A stretch of 64,000 bases of DNA from an uncultured Alphaproteobacteria bacterium (GCA_963789645.1 CAWBLM010000016.1:54216-118215), one strand, 5' to 3'; shown: positions 54,387-64,000, counted from the first letter of the stretch. The notes: a model not told the origin generated them from the letters alone. A program made the numbers and translations.

Positions 54387-55206
54387 CTATGCTCCGCGCG
54401 ATGCGTTTTCTGGAGCGATAACGCGGCGGTAAAGATGCCAAGTCGCATGACCGAGTATCGGCACCACCACCGCAGAGTCCGACGAATAGCGTCGCAAAAC
54501 CAAAGATCAGCGCGGCGGCGACAAGGAAAGCCCACGCCGCCATGACGACAGGGTTCATCAATACCGATCTCACGGAGGTCAGAATCGCGACGGCCGCTCC
54601 GACGTCCTGGTCGAGCATGAGAGGGAAAGAAATAACGCCGATGCTGAAGGCGACGACGGCGTAGACAAAGCCGATCGCGACGCCTAAGGCGATCAACATG
54701 TGGCCGGCGTGGGTGGTCCGAATCTCATTGAAGAACTGGCTATACGAGTGTGGTGCCCACCAAACTCCAAAAAGGGATTGATACAAGGCCTGCGCCGACG
54801 CTAGCCATAGAAGAAAAATGGCCATGAGCACGAAGCCGACCGCCAAAATGGAGGGGAAGGCGGGCGAGCGCAGAACGGCGAACGAGTAGCTCCATGAATG
54901 CGGAAGTCCCTGTTCGCGCCGCCGGCTGACCTCATACAGCCCGATGGCGGCGACCGGTCCGATAAAGGCGTAGCCGGCGAGAATGGGAAACAGCAAAGGA
55001 AGCGCGTTTTGCCCCGACGTCGACGGATAAAGGAAAATGCCTATCACCAGATAGACGAGGGCGAGAAACACGAGATGAGAAGGCATGGCGCGAAAATCGT
55101 CGAAGCCCTTGGCGAGAGCTGTTCCGATATCGGCAAAGCCGATTTTCCTGACGACCGGATAGACAGGCGCTTCGGCGCTGCCTGCGATGACGTGAAAGGT
55201 GGTCAC
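54387..55206 (-). pseudogene. DUF2189-like polytopic membrane protein, one frame break near the 3' end
   Basis: ORF 54274..55206 reads well (VVRKIGFADIGTALAKGFDDFRAMPSHLVFLAL... with several TM segments) up to ATLFVGL. The expected end VVVPILGHATWHLYRRVIAPENASRGA lies in another frame, with a stop at 54387. The break is near 54475. Confidence 0.68.
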
Positions 55207-55474
55207 GAGCGTTTCCTCCTTCGATCGCTTCGACCGAGCTGGCAGCCTTTTCGGCTGCGCTTAAGCAATGGCGAAGACACTCCCGCGCGAGAAGACACTC
55301 CCGCGCGAAGGGAACGCTTTCGGCGCGGCAATCGTTCCAATTGAGCGACGCGGCGAGTCGTTCAAGTGTCTCATTTGATCGATAAAGTCGTTACAATAAT
55401 AAGTTCAACTCCGCTCGGGCGCAGCCACTGGCGGAAACCGGCGGAGGATCCGCCGCATCTTGGGAGGCACGTTC

Positions 55475-56332
55475 ATGTTTGACGCAAAACAGCTTTTGGA
55501 CCTGCTCGCTGGGGGCCGGCTCGGACCCGGTGCGGACGCCGCCGCCGCCAACGTCAATGAGGCCGTCGAACGCGGCAAGGCCGCCGCCGCCGAGGCCGCC
55601 GCCGCTGCGAAGGACGCCACGACTCAGGCGGCCGCGACGACGGCTTCGACGCTTTCCGGCGTTCTTGGCCAAGCCCAGACGCAGCTCGGAGGAACCCAGG
55701 CCGCCGAATATATCGGCAAGGCCAAGGAGCTGGTCGAGCAAAATCCGGTGGGCACTCTCGCTACTCTCGGCGGATTGGCGGCGCTGCTGCTCGGCACGCC
55801 GGGCGGACGCGCCACGACAGGAGGACTGGTCAAGATCGGCGGCCTGGCCGCGATTGGCGGCCTCGCCTACAAGGCGCTACGCAATTATCAGGAGGGCAAG
55901 CCGCTCACGCAGGGCGTTCCCGGCCTCGAACAGTTGACCGCTCCTGAGGATTCGAGCTTCTCGGCGCGGTCGCATACCAATGACACGGCGCTGCTTCTCA
56001 TCCGCGCTATGGTCGCGACCTCCGCCGCGGACGGCGTCGTCGACGCCGGCCAGCGCGCGCAAATCCTCGGCGATATGAAAGGCGCCGGACTCGACGCCGA
56101 CGCGGCTCAGTTTCTTGACGGTGAAATCCAGCATCCGGTGAGCGCCGCGGAAATCGCGAGAGAGGTCGGCTCCTCCAAAGAGCTGGCTCTGCAGGTTTAC
56201 GCGGCGGCGCATCTCATGGCGCGCAGCGCCCCGGAAAAAGCGTTTCTGCAAACGCTGGCGCAGGCTTTGGCGCTCGATCCGTCGCTGGTCGCGCATATCG
56301 ACGCGACCGCCGCGGGCCTGGCCGCGCGTTGA
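55475..56332 (+). CDS. DUF533/TerB-like (tellurite-resistance TerB family) inner-membrane protein
   Basis: Start at MFDAKQLLDLL (GGGAGG upstream). Ala-rich N-terminal region, one TM segment (LATLGGLAALLLG), and a C-terminal TerB-like domain LLIRAMVATSAADGVVDAGQRAQIL. Confidence 0.72.
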   Translation: MFDAKQLLDLLAGGRLGPGADAAAANVNEAVERGKAAAAEAAAAAKDATTQAAATTASTLSGVLGQAQTQLGGTQAAEYIGKAKELVEQNPVGTLATLGGLAALLLGTPGGRATTGGLVKIGGLAAIGGLAYKALRNYQEGKPLTQGVPGLEQLTAPEDSSFSARSHTNDTALLLIRAMVATSAADGVVDAGQRAQILGDMKGAGLDADAAQFLDGEIQHPVSAAEIAREVGSSKELALQVYAAAHLMARSAPEKAFLQTLAQALALDPSLVAHIDATAAGLAAR

Positions 56333-56411
56333 GGAGGCATGACGGTCAGATTGGCCGCCGGACGATGTCCCGCAGGCAATTCAAGCGCAAGACGACGAAA
56401 GGCGCAAGACG

Positions 56412-56612
56412 ATGGGACTAAGACGAGCTGTGGGCAAACTGATCGCCTTGCTTTCCGTTTCCGCATTGGCGGCTGTATGTCTTTGCAGCGGCGCCGATGC
56501 CGGCTATGGGGGAAAGTGCAACCGCACGCGGCATCGCTTATCAGGACATTGCGTGTCGAGTTTGGTCGGACGTCCCAAAGACCGTACGGGAAGCACGTCG
56601 GTTGTAGCGTAA
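56412..56612 (+). CDS. possible small secreted protein (weak call)
   Basis: 66-aa ORF with the signal-like MGLRRAVGKLIALLSVSALAAVCLCSGADA. Weak RBS and no family. Confidence 0.22.
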   Translation: MGLRRAVGKLIALLSVSALAAVCLCSGADAGYGGKCNRTRHRLSGHCVSSLVGRPKDRTGSTSVVA

Positions 56613-56692
56613 TGCCTAAAACAGACGGAGCCCTGTCCTGAGCGTTCACGGTCGCTCGCGAAATCCACTTCTAACCAAATGGAGACCCCACT

Positions 56693-57235
56693 ATGGCAAC
56701 CTCGAACAAGGCGGCGCGCGCCGACGATACGACCATCAAGGCGCTGGACACGCCGTCCGATCTCGGCGGCAACGCTACGGCGGCGATCGCGGCCGAACTC
56801 AACAGGCTGGCAGCGGACGCCTTCGCGCTCTATGTGAAGACCAAGAATTTCCACTGGCATATGAGCGGGCCGCATTTTCGGGATTATCATCTGCTTCTCG
56901 ACGAACAGGGCGAGCAGATTTTCGCGACGATCGATCCGCTGGCGGAGCGGTCGCGAAAGCTCGGCGAAAGAACGCTGCACTCCATAGGCCATATCGCCAA
57001 GCTTTCGCGCATTAAGGACAATGACGCCGAGTTCGTGGCGCCAGCCGACATGCTCGACGAATTGGTAGCAGATAACAGGGCCTTCACCGCATCGCTTCGC
57101 GCGGCCCACGGGGTCGCTTCGGACCATAATGATTCCGCCACGACCAGCATTCTCGAAGTCTACATCGACGAATCGGAGCGCCGGACGTGGTTTCTGTTTG
57201 AAGCGAGCCGCGGGGCCGACCGGACCGGCCACTAA
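56693..57235 (+). CDS. dps: Dps family DNA-protection/ferroxidase protein
   Basis: 180-aa ORF. LYVKTKNFHWHMSGPHFRDYHLLLDEQ...DPLAERSRKLG...ILEVYIDESERRTWFL is a classical Dps pattern. Confidence 0.9.
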   Translation: MATSNKAARADDTTIKALDTPSDLGGNATAAIAAELNRLAADAFALYVKTKNFHWHMSGPHFRDYHLLLDEQGEQIFATIDPLAERSRKLGERTLHSIGHIAKLSRIKDNDAEFVAPADMLDELVADNRAFTASLRAAHGVASDHNDSATTSILEVYIDESERRTWFLFEASRGADRTGH

Positions 57236-57253
57236 ATTCACTGCTTTTCGAAT

Positions 57254-57283
57254 AAAGGCCTGCGGATCGCCGGCCTTTTTTTT
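57254..57283 (+). terminator. intrinsic terminator after dps
   Basis: AAAGGCCtGCG-gat-CGCcGGCC followed by T8. The stem is 4+3 bp with one mismatch and has A/T-extendable flanks. It begins 19 nt after the dps stop. Confidence 0.7.
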
Positions 57284-57378
57284 CGCTCCCATGACATTCA
57301 GTTGAATTTGCTTCTCGTTCGCGAGAAGAAAATCCGGTCGTTTGCAAACGAGACCAACAAGGGGCGTTGTTCGCGCCG

Positions 57379-58284
57379 ATGCGGATCGGGATCGACCTTG
57401 GCGGGACAAAGATCGAAGCGATCGCACTCGATGCGTCGGGCGCGGTCCTTCTGCGTCAGCGAACGCCGACGCCCCAGGGCGATTACGACGGAACATTGGC
57501 CGCCATCGAGGCTCTTGTCGATTTTCTCGAGGCGCAAACCGGCCGTCGCGGCAGCGTCGGCGTCGCGACGCCTGGCGCCTTGTCGCTGAAGACGGGCCTC
57601 ATCAAGAACGCCAACAGCACGGTCCTCAACGGAAGGCCGCTCGACCGCGATCTCGAGGAACGTCTACGCCGGCCGGTCCGGATTGAAAACGACGCCAACT
57701 GTTTTGCGTTGTCGGAAGCCGCCGATGGCGCAGCAGCCAGCGCCCGCGCTGTCTTCGGCGTGATCATCGGCACCGGCGTTGGCGGCGGGCTCGTGGTCGA
57801 TGGAAAGCTCGTCTCCGGGCGCAATCGCATAGCGGGCGAGTGGGGTCATAACCCCTTGCCATGGGCGCTGGACGACGAGCGCCCGGGACCCGTCTGCTAT
57901 TGCGGCCAATCGGGGTGCATCGAGACGTTCCTTTCGGGGCCCGCTCTCGGACGTGACTATTTTTCGCGGACCGGCCGCGATCTGAGCGCGGCGGCGGTCG
58001 CCGACGCGGCGGTTAGCGGCGACGAAGCGGCCGCCCACTGCCTCAGGCTCTATCGGAATCGTTTAGCCCGATCGCTGGCCTCGGTGATCAATGTTTTCGA
58101 TCCGGATGTCGTCGCGCTCGGCGGGGGCCTGTCGAACATTGACAAGCTCTATGCAGGCTTGCCTGAAATGATCGCGCGCTACGCGTTCTCCGACGGCGTC
58201 GATACAAAGGTCGTTCGCGCGGCGCACGGCAATTCAAGCGGTGTCCGCGGTGCGGCCTGGCTATGGCCTGCGGAGCCGGATTGA
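57379..58284 (+). CDS. ROK-family sugar kinase (N-acetylglucosamine kinase/fructokinase-like)
   Basis: Start at MRIGIDLGGTKIE (57379) within ORF 57367..58284. Motifs ENDANCFALSEA and the zinc motif GEWGHNPL...CYCGQSGCIETF. Confidence 0.85.
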   Translation: MRIGIDLGGTKIEAIALDASGAVLLRQRTPTPQGDYDGTLAAIEALVDFLEAQTGRRGSVGVATPGALSLKTGLIKNANSTVLNGRPLDRDLEERLRRPVRIENDANCFALSEAADGAAASARAVFGVIIGTGVGGGLVVDGKLVSGRNRIAGEWGHNPLPWALDDERPGPVCYCGQSGCIETFLSGPALGRDYFSRTGRDLSAAAVADAAVSGDEAAAHCLRLYRNRLARSLASVINVFDPDVVALGGGLSNIDKLYAGLPEMIARYAFSDGVDTKVVRAAHGNSSGVRGAAWLWPAEPD

Positions 58285-58789
58285 GGCTTTCCGCCGTTGC
58301 TCGCGAGGCGATCGATTTGGCATCGGCGAGGCGTAACGCCTTAAAGTCAATAAGTTATCAAATTCATCGCGGGTAACGCTTCCGCGCGGACCAATGGCAG
58401 CCTCAGGCGGACTGTGGCGCGATCGCCGCCGTCATTCCGCGCAATCGAACTCGAAAAAATCGCATCTACACCGCCTGTTGTGACAAGGCGGCAATTCGCA
58501 GATCTCTCTTCTATAGCAGCAAATGTTGCGCGCGCCGCATGAGTCATTGGAAAAAAATTGGGTAGACCTAAACGCGTATTGGAGACAAATATTGAAAAAG
58601 GAAGTCCCGCAATGGAAAAACGAGCGGTGTAAAGCGCAGGAGCAATAGCCTGTGGCGCGGTGGAAGGGGAGGGCTGGTGGGCGCTAACGCCGGTTCTTCC
58701 CCGTCTCGCCAAGTGCGAGACGACACTACGAGGGTGCTGACGCGCCGATATATTGCGGCCATCGGTTCGAATAGGCAGCGAGCACATCA

Positions 58790-59053
58790 ATGACGAGGAG
58801 ACGATATCGTGACATAGGCGGCCGGCTCTGTATGCTCGGCTATCCCATCACAATCCGCCCGCTATTCCAGACGTTCCTGGTCAACTCCGCCTATCATGAC
58901 ATCAAGCGCCATTCCTTGACCCGAGAAGGCGCAGCGGCCGTCGCCGACGATCTCGCCACAGAGATTGATCTGATCTCCGAGACGATCGAGGCGCGGCTTA
59001 AGAACGATCCAGTCCTGAAGGCAGCGCCGGATGATACACTGCGGCGTCATTGA
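58790..59053 (+). CDS. hypothetical protein in AT-rich islet (weak call)
   Basis: 87-aa ORF with no recognisable family or clear RBS. Several overlapping alternative ORFs exist on both strands. Confidence 0.22.
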   Translation: MTRRRYRDIGGRLCMLGYPITIRPLFQTFLVNSAYHDIKRHSLTREGAAAVADDLATEIDLISETIEARLKNDPVLKAAPDDTLRRH

Positions 59054-59413
59054 TCGTCGGTCGAGGAAAGGCCGAGCCTCTCCTGAAGAGGGCGGCGCCT
59101 TCCACAAACATTTCGCCCGTCACTCCTGACGGCGATTTACTTTCTGACGCCGTTTGGGAGGCTCCTCCACCGGATCGGCTCCGGGTCGCCTTAAACAAAA
59201 GCTGGGTCGTCTTGATCGCTTCAGCGTCGAATGCTGCGGCCTGGCATGTAATTTGCTTGTGCATGCAGCCTTGGCCTCGGCGTCAAGCCTTGCCAAGTCG
59301 CTTGCGACTTTTTGCCCGATTGCGGGCGTTGGGGAAAACCCGAAGTGTAAGGCTGAAGAAGTGCGAGGAGCGGGCCGCATCTGCGGCCTCTAAATGCGCG
59401 TGAGGTGGTGTAG

Positions 59414-59668
59414 TTGATCATGACTGCTCGTATTCTAGCACTAACAACAGAAGTTCGTAATGGATTGCTCAATCGCAAGGCAGCTCTCAGGCAGACGGGT
59501 GGATTGTCCTTGCTTCGGTGCGTCGAGTGGGGTCAAGTTGCCGCGACCGCTACCGAAAAAGCCATTGCTCAAAGTATCGAGGAAGGCGGGAAAACGCTCG
59601 ACGTGTCTGCTCCGATCCGACCTCGGCTTGAAGGTCCCCGTTTTTTGATACTAGTAACAGGACCTTAG
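59414..59668 (+). CDS. hypothetical protein in AT-rich islet (weak call)
   Basis: 84-aa ORF (MIMTARILALTTEVRNGLLNRKAALRQTGG...). GAGGTGGTG lies just upstream. Local G+C is well below the window average. Confidence 0.3.
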   Translation: MIMTARILALTTEVRNGLLNRKAALRQTGGLSLLRCVEWGQVAATATEKAIAQSIEEGGKTLDVSAPIRPRLEGPRFLILVTGP

Positions 59669-59672
59669 TTTT

Positions 59673-59864
59673 ATGACAGATATAAAAGATTTTATGTCCG
59701 ATGAAGCGCGGGAAGCGATGAAGAAGGCTTATACTGACGCGGCAGATTTGGTGCTTGATCTTTACGACCTGGTCGAAACGGGAAAAATACCGCCAGCTAG
59801 AAACGAGCTGGAAGCGCTTCAAAGGGCGGCGAGCATGATTTCGATCATAAAGTCGGTCGTCTAA
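59673..59864 (+). CDS. hypothetical small acidic helical protein in AT-rich islet (weak call)
   Basis: 63-aa ORF MTDIKDFMSDEAREAMKKAYTDAADLVLDLYDLVETGK... It starts 5 nt after the previous ORF. The surroundings are very AT-rich. No family recognised. Confidence 0.33.
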   Translation: MTDIKDFMSDEAREAMKKAYTDAADLVLDLYDLVETGKIPPARNELEALQRAASMISIIKSVV

Positions 59865-60130
59865 GGTCTTGAATTTCGCCCGTTGTTGGCCGGGTGGCCG
59901 ACCGGCACGCAACGCATGGCACAAGACATGGAGTGCGGCGGCTGGCGGAGGCGGGGGAGCTGCGGCTTTCAGACTTTGAACGCAAATTCACATTCACGTA
60001 ACGCCTGAAGCGGTCGGACGGGAAATGTTGCCGCTTGTCAACAAAAACGCCGCGAGCATGTGTGAAAAGTGACGCCGCGCGTACGCGCGCACGAGCCGTT
60101 GTTCAGCCAGAGACGGACGGGACCTTTAGC

Positions 60131-60994
60131 TTAGGCTGCATTGAGGTAACAACCGGCTGGCGCGGTTGAAGAGCCGCAATCGTTATTCTGCGCTACGTTG
60201 GCTTTGTCCCTAACGCGTATGCCCCGCGCGTCCGATCGGCGCTGTTCTCGGGCCGCTCCGGCGTCCTTCGGTTGCATCACGGTCTCATAAACGCGCGCGA
60301 TCGATTCCGGACCGATGCTGACCTCGCCGCGAAACGGATTGTCGAGCTCGGCGACGAGGAAAATGACCGCGCCGAGAATGGCCGCAAGGACCCCGCCGAG
60401 GATCAGATGCACGTGAATTTCCATGTCCTGCATCCAGATCAGAATGATGTTCAGCAGGGCGCACAAGGCGACCACCCACCAAAGCACCGCCGGCAGGCCA
60501 GTCGTGACACTTGAAAGCCGCGCGCGACCATAGCGAACTTTTTCATCGTACTGCCGGAGAGTTTCCGCATGGATGATCTTTTCGCTTTCTTTGCTCGGCT
60601 CGAAGCGTAACAAAGTCTGAAGGACCGATGTGATGAGTTTACTGCCGTCCGTTGGCACGACGCCTTTGCGCTGCTGGTCCCAGCCTTCCTCGATCGTGTA
60701 GCGGGTATATTCGCGTAATCCATCCTGCAACTGGCCCCGGATCGGTTGCGGATAGCCGCTAAAATTGCGATAGAGCGCCGAGAGGCTGGAGGCCTCCTTG
60801 TCGACAATATCGCCGACCGCGGCGTAATTCTGGTAAGTGGCGACCGCAAGGAGGCCGAGCAGGATCCCGAATATCACGAAAAAACTCGACAGCGCGAGGC
60901 TGACCATTTCGTTCGCGCGCTCGTCCCGATAAATCCACGAATGAACCGTCGCGCGCATCAGAAAAATGCCGATCCAGGTGAACCCGACAAACAC
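60131..60994 (-). CDS. DUF4239 (bestrophin-like) membrane protein
   Basis: 287-aa ORF with a GTG start, TM segments at both ends and a conserved central region (YQNYAAVGDIVDKEASSLSALYRN...). The same frame continues upstream as WYWIYDYPSWAIGLLFCG up to a stop, so the 5' end may be affected by an indel. Confidence 0.68.
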   Translation of the reverse strand: MFVGFTWIGIFLMRATVHSWIYRDERANEMVSLALSSFFVIFGILLGLLAVATYQNYAAVGDIVDKEASSLSALYRNFSGYPQPIRGQLQDGLREYTRYTIEEGWDQQRKGVVPTDGSKLITSVLQTLLRFEPSKESEKIIHAETLRQYDEKVRYGRARLSSVTTGLPAVLWWVVALCALLNIILIWMQDMEIHVHLILGGVLAAILGAVIFLVAELDNPFRGEVSIGPESIARVYETVMQPKDAGAAREQRRSDARGIRVRDKANVAQNNDCGSSTAPAGCYLNAA

Positions 60995-61192
60995 GCCGCA
61001 GAACAGGAGCCCGATGGCCCAGCTCGGATAGTCGTAGATCCAATACCATCACGCGCCGCCCCCCTTATTCGCCGCTTGTCAGCCCTCGCCCGCTATCGCT
61101 TCACGCAAGACAATGGCTGCCGCCTGATGAAGACTAGCGCGACGTAATCAGCGTTGATGGCGTCCTTCAAATTGGGGAGCCAGTCCTGGTAC

Positions 61193-61699
61193 TCACGCGT
61201 TTGCCGAGACGCTCAGCGCGGTTGAGATCTCGGCGAGCGTCGCTTTCTCCGCGTCGCTCACCGCAACACCGCCAAATCCGAGGAAACCACCCGATGTCGC
61301 CGCCTCGGCCACAGATTGTGCGATGTGTCGCAACCACGTCTTGAAAGCGGCCGCGTCGGCGGGCGCTTTTGCGTCGAGCAGAGCGGAAACCTGGCGCAAC
61401 AATTCAATGGCCTTTGCCCTGACGTCGGCAGGCTTGATGCCGGTAAACATGGACTTCATACTGTCCCGGGCGGATGTTCTGCCCTCCGAAGTTTCAAAAT
61501 CTGCGATCACCGCCTTGATCAATTCATCCGCGGAGGGATCGGATTTCGCCGCTAGGAGTTCTCGCGCGCTCGCCATGCCTTCCTTGAGCGTTCCGAACAG
61601 GCCGCTGGGTTCCGCCGCCGAAACGGCTATCCCCGCCACCATTGGGCTTTGCAGGATCTGCTTCCATTCCTCGGGGGTAAAGCTCGCCTTCGTTACCAT
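61193..61699 (-). CDS. conserved hypothetical protein
   Basis: 168-aa ORF. MVTKASFTPEEWKQILQSPMVAGIAVSAAEPSG...GGFLGFGGVAVSDAEKATLAEIS has coding-like composition. I recognise the pattern as a recurring bacterial hypothetical family but cannot name it. Confidence 0.6.
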   Translation of the reverse strand: MVTKASFTPEEWKQILQSPMVAGIAVSAAEPSGLFGTLKEGMASARELLAAKSDPSADELIKAVIADFETSEGRTSARDSMKSMFTGIKPADVRAKAIELLRQVSALLDAKAPADAAAFKTWLRHIAQSVAEAATSGGFLGFGGVAVSDAEKATLAEISTALSVSANA

Positions 61700-61934
61700 T
61701 TTGGTCTCCCTTATTGTTCAATGATAGCGCTGTTCGGCTAAAAAGCAGATGCCCCACGCACCTGACGCCGCGATGTCGCGTTAAGTGGTCCCTACCCAAG
61801 AGGATTGTCAGTTCAACAGGCGCAAGTCCACTGTCGCTTGACATTGATTTCCGCCGCGGTCTTGTGACCTACTGTTGTCGACCCGCAGGGGACTGGCGCG
61901 GGGAGCGACGGTTCCCGCGCCGATGGTCGACGTC

Positions 61935-63363
61935 CTAGGACCTGATCACGCGATAAGCGATGCGGCGATTGTGGAAGCGGCCTTCGTCTGTAGCATTGCT
62001 ATCTATCGGGTCGGCACTGCCATATCCCTTCGCAACCAACAGGGACGGATCAACGCCGGCGTGGATCAATACGTTGCGAACCGCGTCGGCGCGTTGCTGC
62101 GACAGCAGCACATTCGCCGCTGCATCGCCGGTGTTGTCGGTGTACCCGGCAATCTCGATCACGGTGCCCGGCGCCAGCTGCTTGAACCGGGCGGCGGCGT
62201 TTTGCAGAAGCGTCATAGTTCGCTGGGGGCACCACCGAGTCGCCTGTCGCGAAATTGACGATCGACTGATTTAAAACATTGACGAGGTCGTTGGCCTCAA
62301 AGCCAGCCTTCAGCGACGTCAACGATGTAGCGAACTTCAAGTTGGCGTTCGACACCATGTCGCTGAACTTATCCCCAAGAGCGGCAGCCTTTTCGCCAGC
62401 GGTATTTCCGAGGCCCATGGCTTTGTCGGCCAGGGCGCCGATCGAGAGGCCGCCAAACAACCCCTTAACCGCGTTTATGATCCGATCACGATCGGCGCCG
62501 GCGACGCCGCCAAGGTTGAACGAATTGCCGTCAAACACCGCATGCACGCCTGGCAATTTGAAGTTTTCGAGCGCCGCACGAAGGTTCGTTAGCCACGGCG
62601 CCGAGCCGCGATTTGGATCAATGCCGATATCGCCGCGGATATGATCGGCGCCAAACACCGCCCTCAGCGCGTCGGTTATAGAGGTGCGCGTCGCTTCGTC
62701 ATGCACTGCGCCTGAGTAGCGAATGGTCCCATTGTCATTGTTGATGTCGAGGCGGGGGGGAACCGCCGGCGCCGGCGGAACCACAGGCTCGCGCTGGGCG
62801 ACGGGAGTGACGGGAAGCGGCGCGTGACTCCGGCTCGACAAGTACCAGGAGCCGAGCCCGATCAGAGCGGCGGCGGCGAGCGCCGGCCAAAGCCAGCGCG
62901 TTGGGGCCGGTTTGTCAGGGACGACATTGATGCGGCGCGGAGCGACTTGTTCAGCCGCCCGCGGGGCGGCGGCCGGCGACACAAACCTTGTTATTTCTGA
63001 AGGAATGCTGGTCGGGACCACGCCGCCGGGGGTGAGCGCGCCGATCACTTTCGGCAGGATATATCCGATCGCGGTCGAAACGGCTGATCCGCCGAGACCA
63101 AGCTTACTGGCGATGCCGCCGAGAACGCTGGAGCCAACCACGCGTTCGAGCTGCTGCGTCGGCAGGGCCGGCGCGTCGGTGCGGCCGAGCCAGGAGGCGA
63201 CTTCGGAGCCAAGACCGGCCGATTTGAGGGTTTCGAAGAAGCCAGAGACGCCGCCAGGCGATCCGACGACCAAATTCACGACTTCCCGCACGAGGGGAGC
63301 AGCGTTCGCGCCGAGCCCGAACCGGCTGGCGACATCGTTGATGAGCGCGTCAAAGAGAGCCAT
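61935..63363 (-). pseudogene. DUF937-like N-terminal / OmpA-like C-terminal peptidoglycan-binding protein, one frame break
   Basis: RBS AAGGAGA before ATG 63363. MALFDALINDVASRFGLG..., one TM segment (WLWPALAAAALIGLGSWY), and BON-like middle parts lie in ORF 62050..63363. The OmpA_C domain (GTVIEIAGYTDNTGDAAANVLLSQQRADAVRNVL...NRRIAYRV) lies in ORF 61935..62216. The break is near 62220. Confidence 0.8.
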
Positions 63364-64000
63364 TGCTGTTATCTCCTTAGTTAGAGGTTGAAGAAAGGCC
63401 TTTTGGCTACAATTCGAGTGCGGACGGCGGGCGATGGCATTCAGTCTGGATTGTGTCTAACTTCACCTTTCCTATTTCTGGTTCGTGAACTCATAGGCGA
63501 GGCGCATCGAATCGGGCCCACGGGCGGCGTGCGGCTTAGCCACCCCACGTGCAAAAGCAAATTGATGGGCCGCGGCCGGATCCAAATTATTTCCCCAATT
63601 GACCGCCCACGGACAATGTTAAGGACAATCTTCAATTAAATGCAACTCAAGGCTCTTGAACCGGGAATTGGGGATGCGCGTCGGGGTTAAGCGCGCCTGC
63701 ACGACAGCAGCCCGAGCCGAAGTTTGAGTTTGGCTGTTCCAACACGGCTGGCCTTCACGGCCGACGATACTCCTGATGTCGGGGATTGATACCGCCCGCC
63801 GCCGACTTTTATGAGGGGACGTTTCCCGTTACAGCACAATCGGCACTGTCACATTCAACCTGAAACAAGGTTGGCGCTGGATGTTGAGGTCGGCGCCTTG
63901 AAGGCGAAGACCGGCTGGTGGATACCGGCGGTCTTGGCGCGACTGCGGCTAATTCGACGAATGTCACTAATGGGTGTCCGCGTCCAAAAAGGCTCGGACG

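Noticed and set aside
58764-58775. tRNA-like T-loop string GGTTCGAATAGG that could mark a tRNA or an integration site
   Set aside because: The flanking sequence cannot be folded into acceptor, D or anticodon arms. There is no CCA-proximal acceptor complement and no integrase nearby.
58347-58790. 147-aa minus-strand ORF at the left of the AT-rich islet
   Set aside because: It has no RBS, no family, and a composition unlike neighbouring genes. The region is stop-rich in the other frames and may be non-coding. I kept it only as part of the islet finding.
63640-64000. Right-edge stretch with no listed ORF of 60 aa or more and somewhat lower GC
   Set aside because: The ORF track may omit ORFs that run off the window end. 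I recognised no RNA gene, repeat or protein fragment, and there is too little context to call anything.

Overview
High-GC (roughly 62-63% by eye) alphaproteobacterial chromosome segment. The gene content looks like Hyphomicrobiales, Beijerinckiaceae/Methylocystaceae-like, but the taxon is inference only. Most of it is housekeeping or metabolic: the glgP-glgB-glgC-glgA glycogen operon (minus strand, left edge), a 999-aa multi-PAS HWE-type histidine kinase, a DEAD-box helicase, a biodegradative-type Orn/Lys/Arg decarboxylase, a GH13 alpha-glucosidase, an xdhC/molybdopterin-binding/mocA-like cofactor-maturation trio, an AtoE-type transporter, a Baeyer-Villiger monooxygenase plus hydrolase cassette, minCDE, a patatin-like lipase, an OMF-MFP-RND efflux operon, a GNAT-astB pair, a PHA depolymerase, Dps, a ROK kinase, and several DUF-type secreted or membrane proteins. 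I recognised no rRNA, tRNA, CRISPR array, transposase or integrase. The dominant oddity is about 35 reading-frame breaks in about 20 otherwise well-conserved genes, including all of minCDE and the RND pump. They look like 1-nt indels in short runs and are unevenly distributed; I read them as probable assembly indel errors, but real recent pseudogenisation cannot be excluded from sequence alone. Other points worth a second look are listed here. (1) Three phased GTGGGA-N5-TCCCAC palindromes lie in front of a translationally coupled DUF6502-like/DUF5666 pair. (2) An AT-rich 1.8-kb islet carries only small orphan ORFs (58.3-60.1 kb). (3) A quinoprotein-relay-type MBL and a rhodanese-like gene are degraded and have no dehydrogenase nearby. 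(4) A truncated BVMO paralogue lies upstream of the BVMO-hydrolase cassette. (5) A perfect 15-bp tandem repeat encoding LRRR twice lies upstream of the decarboxylase. (6) An orphan astB is coupled to a small GNAT. No convincing novel multi-gene system (defence, secretion, mobile) could be supported. Frameshift positions are approximate (about +/-20 nt).
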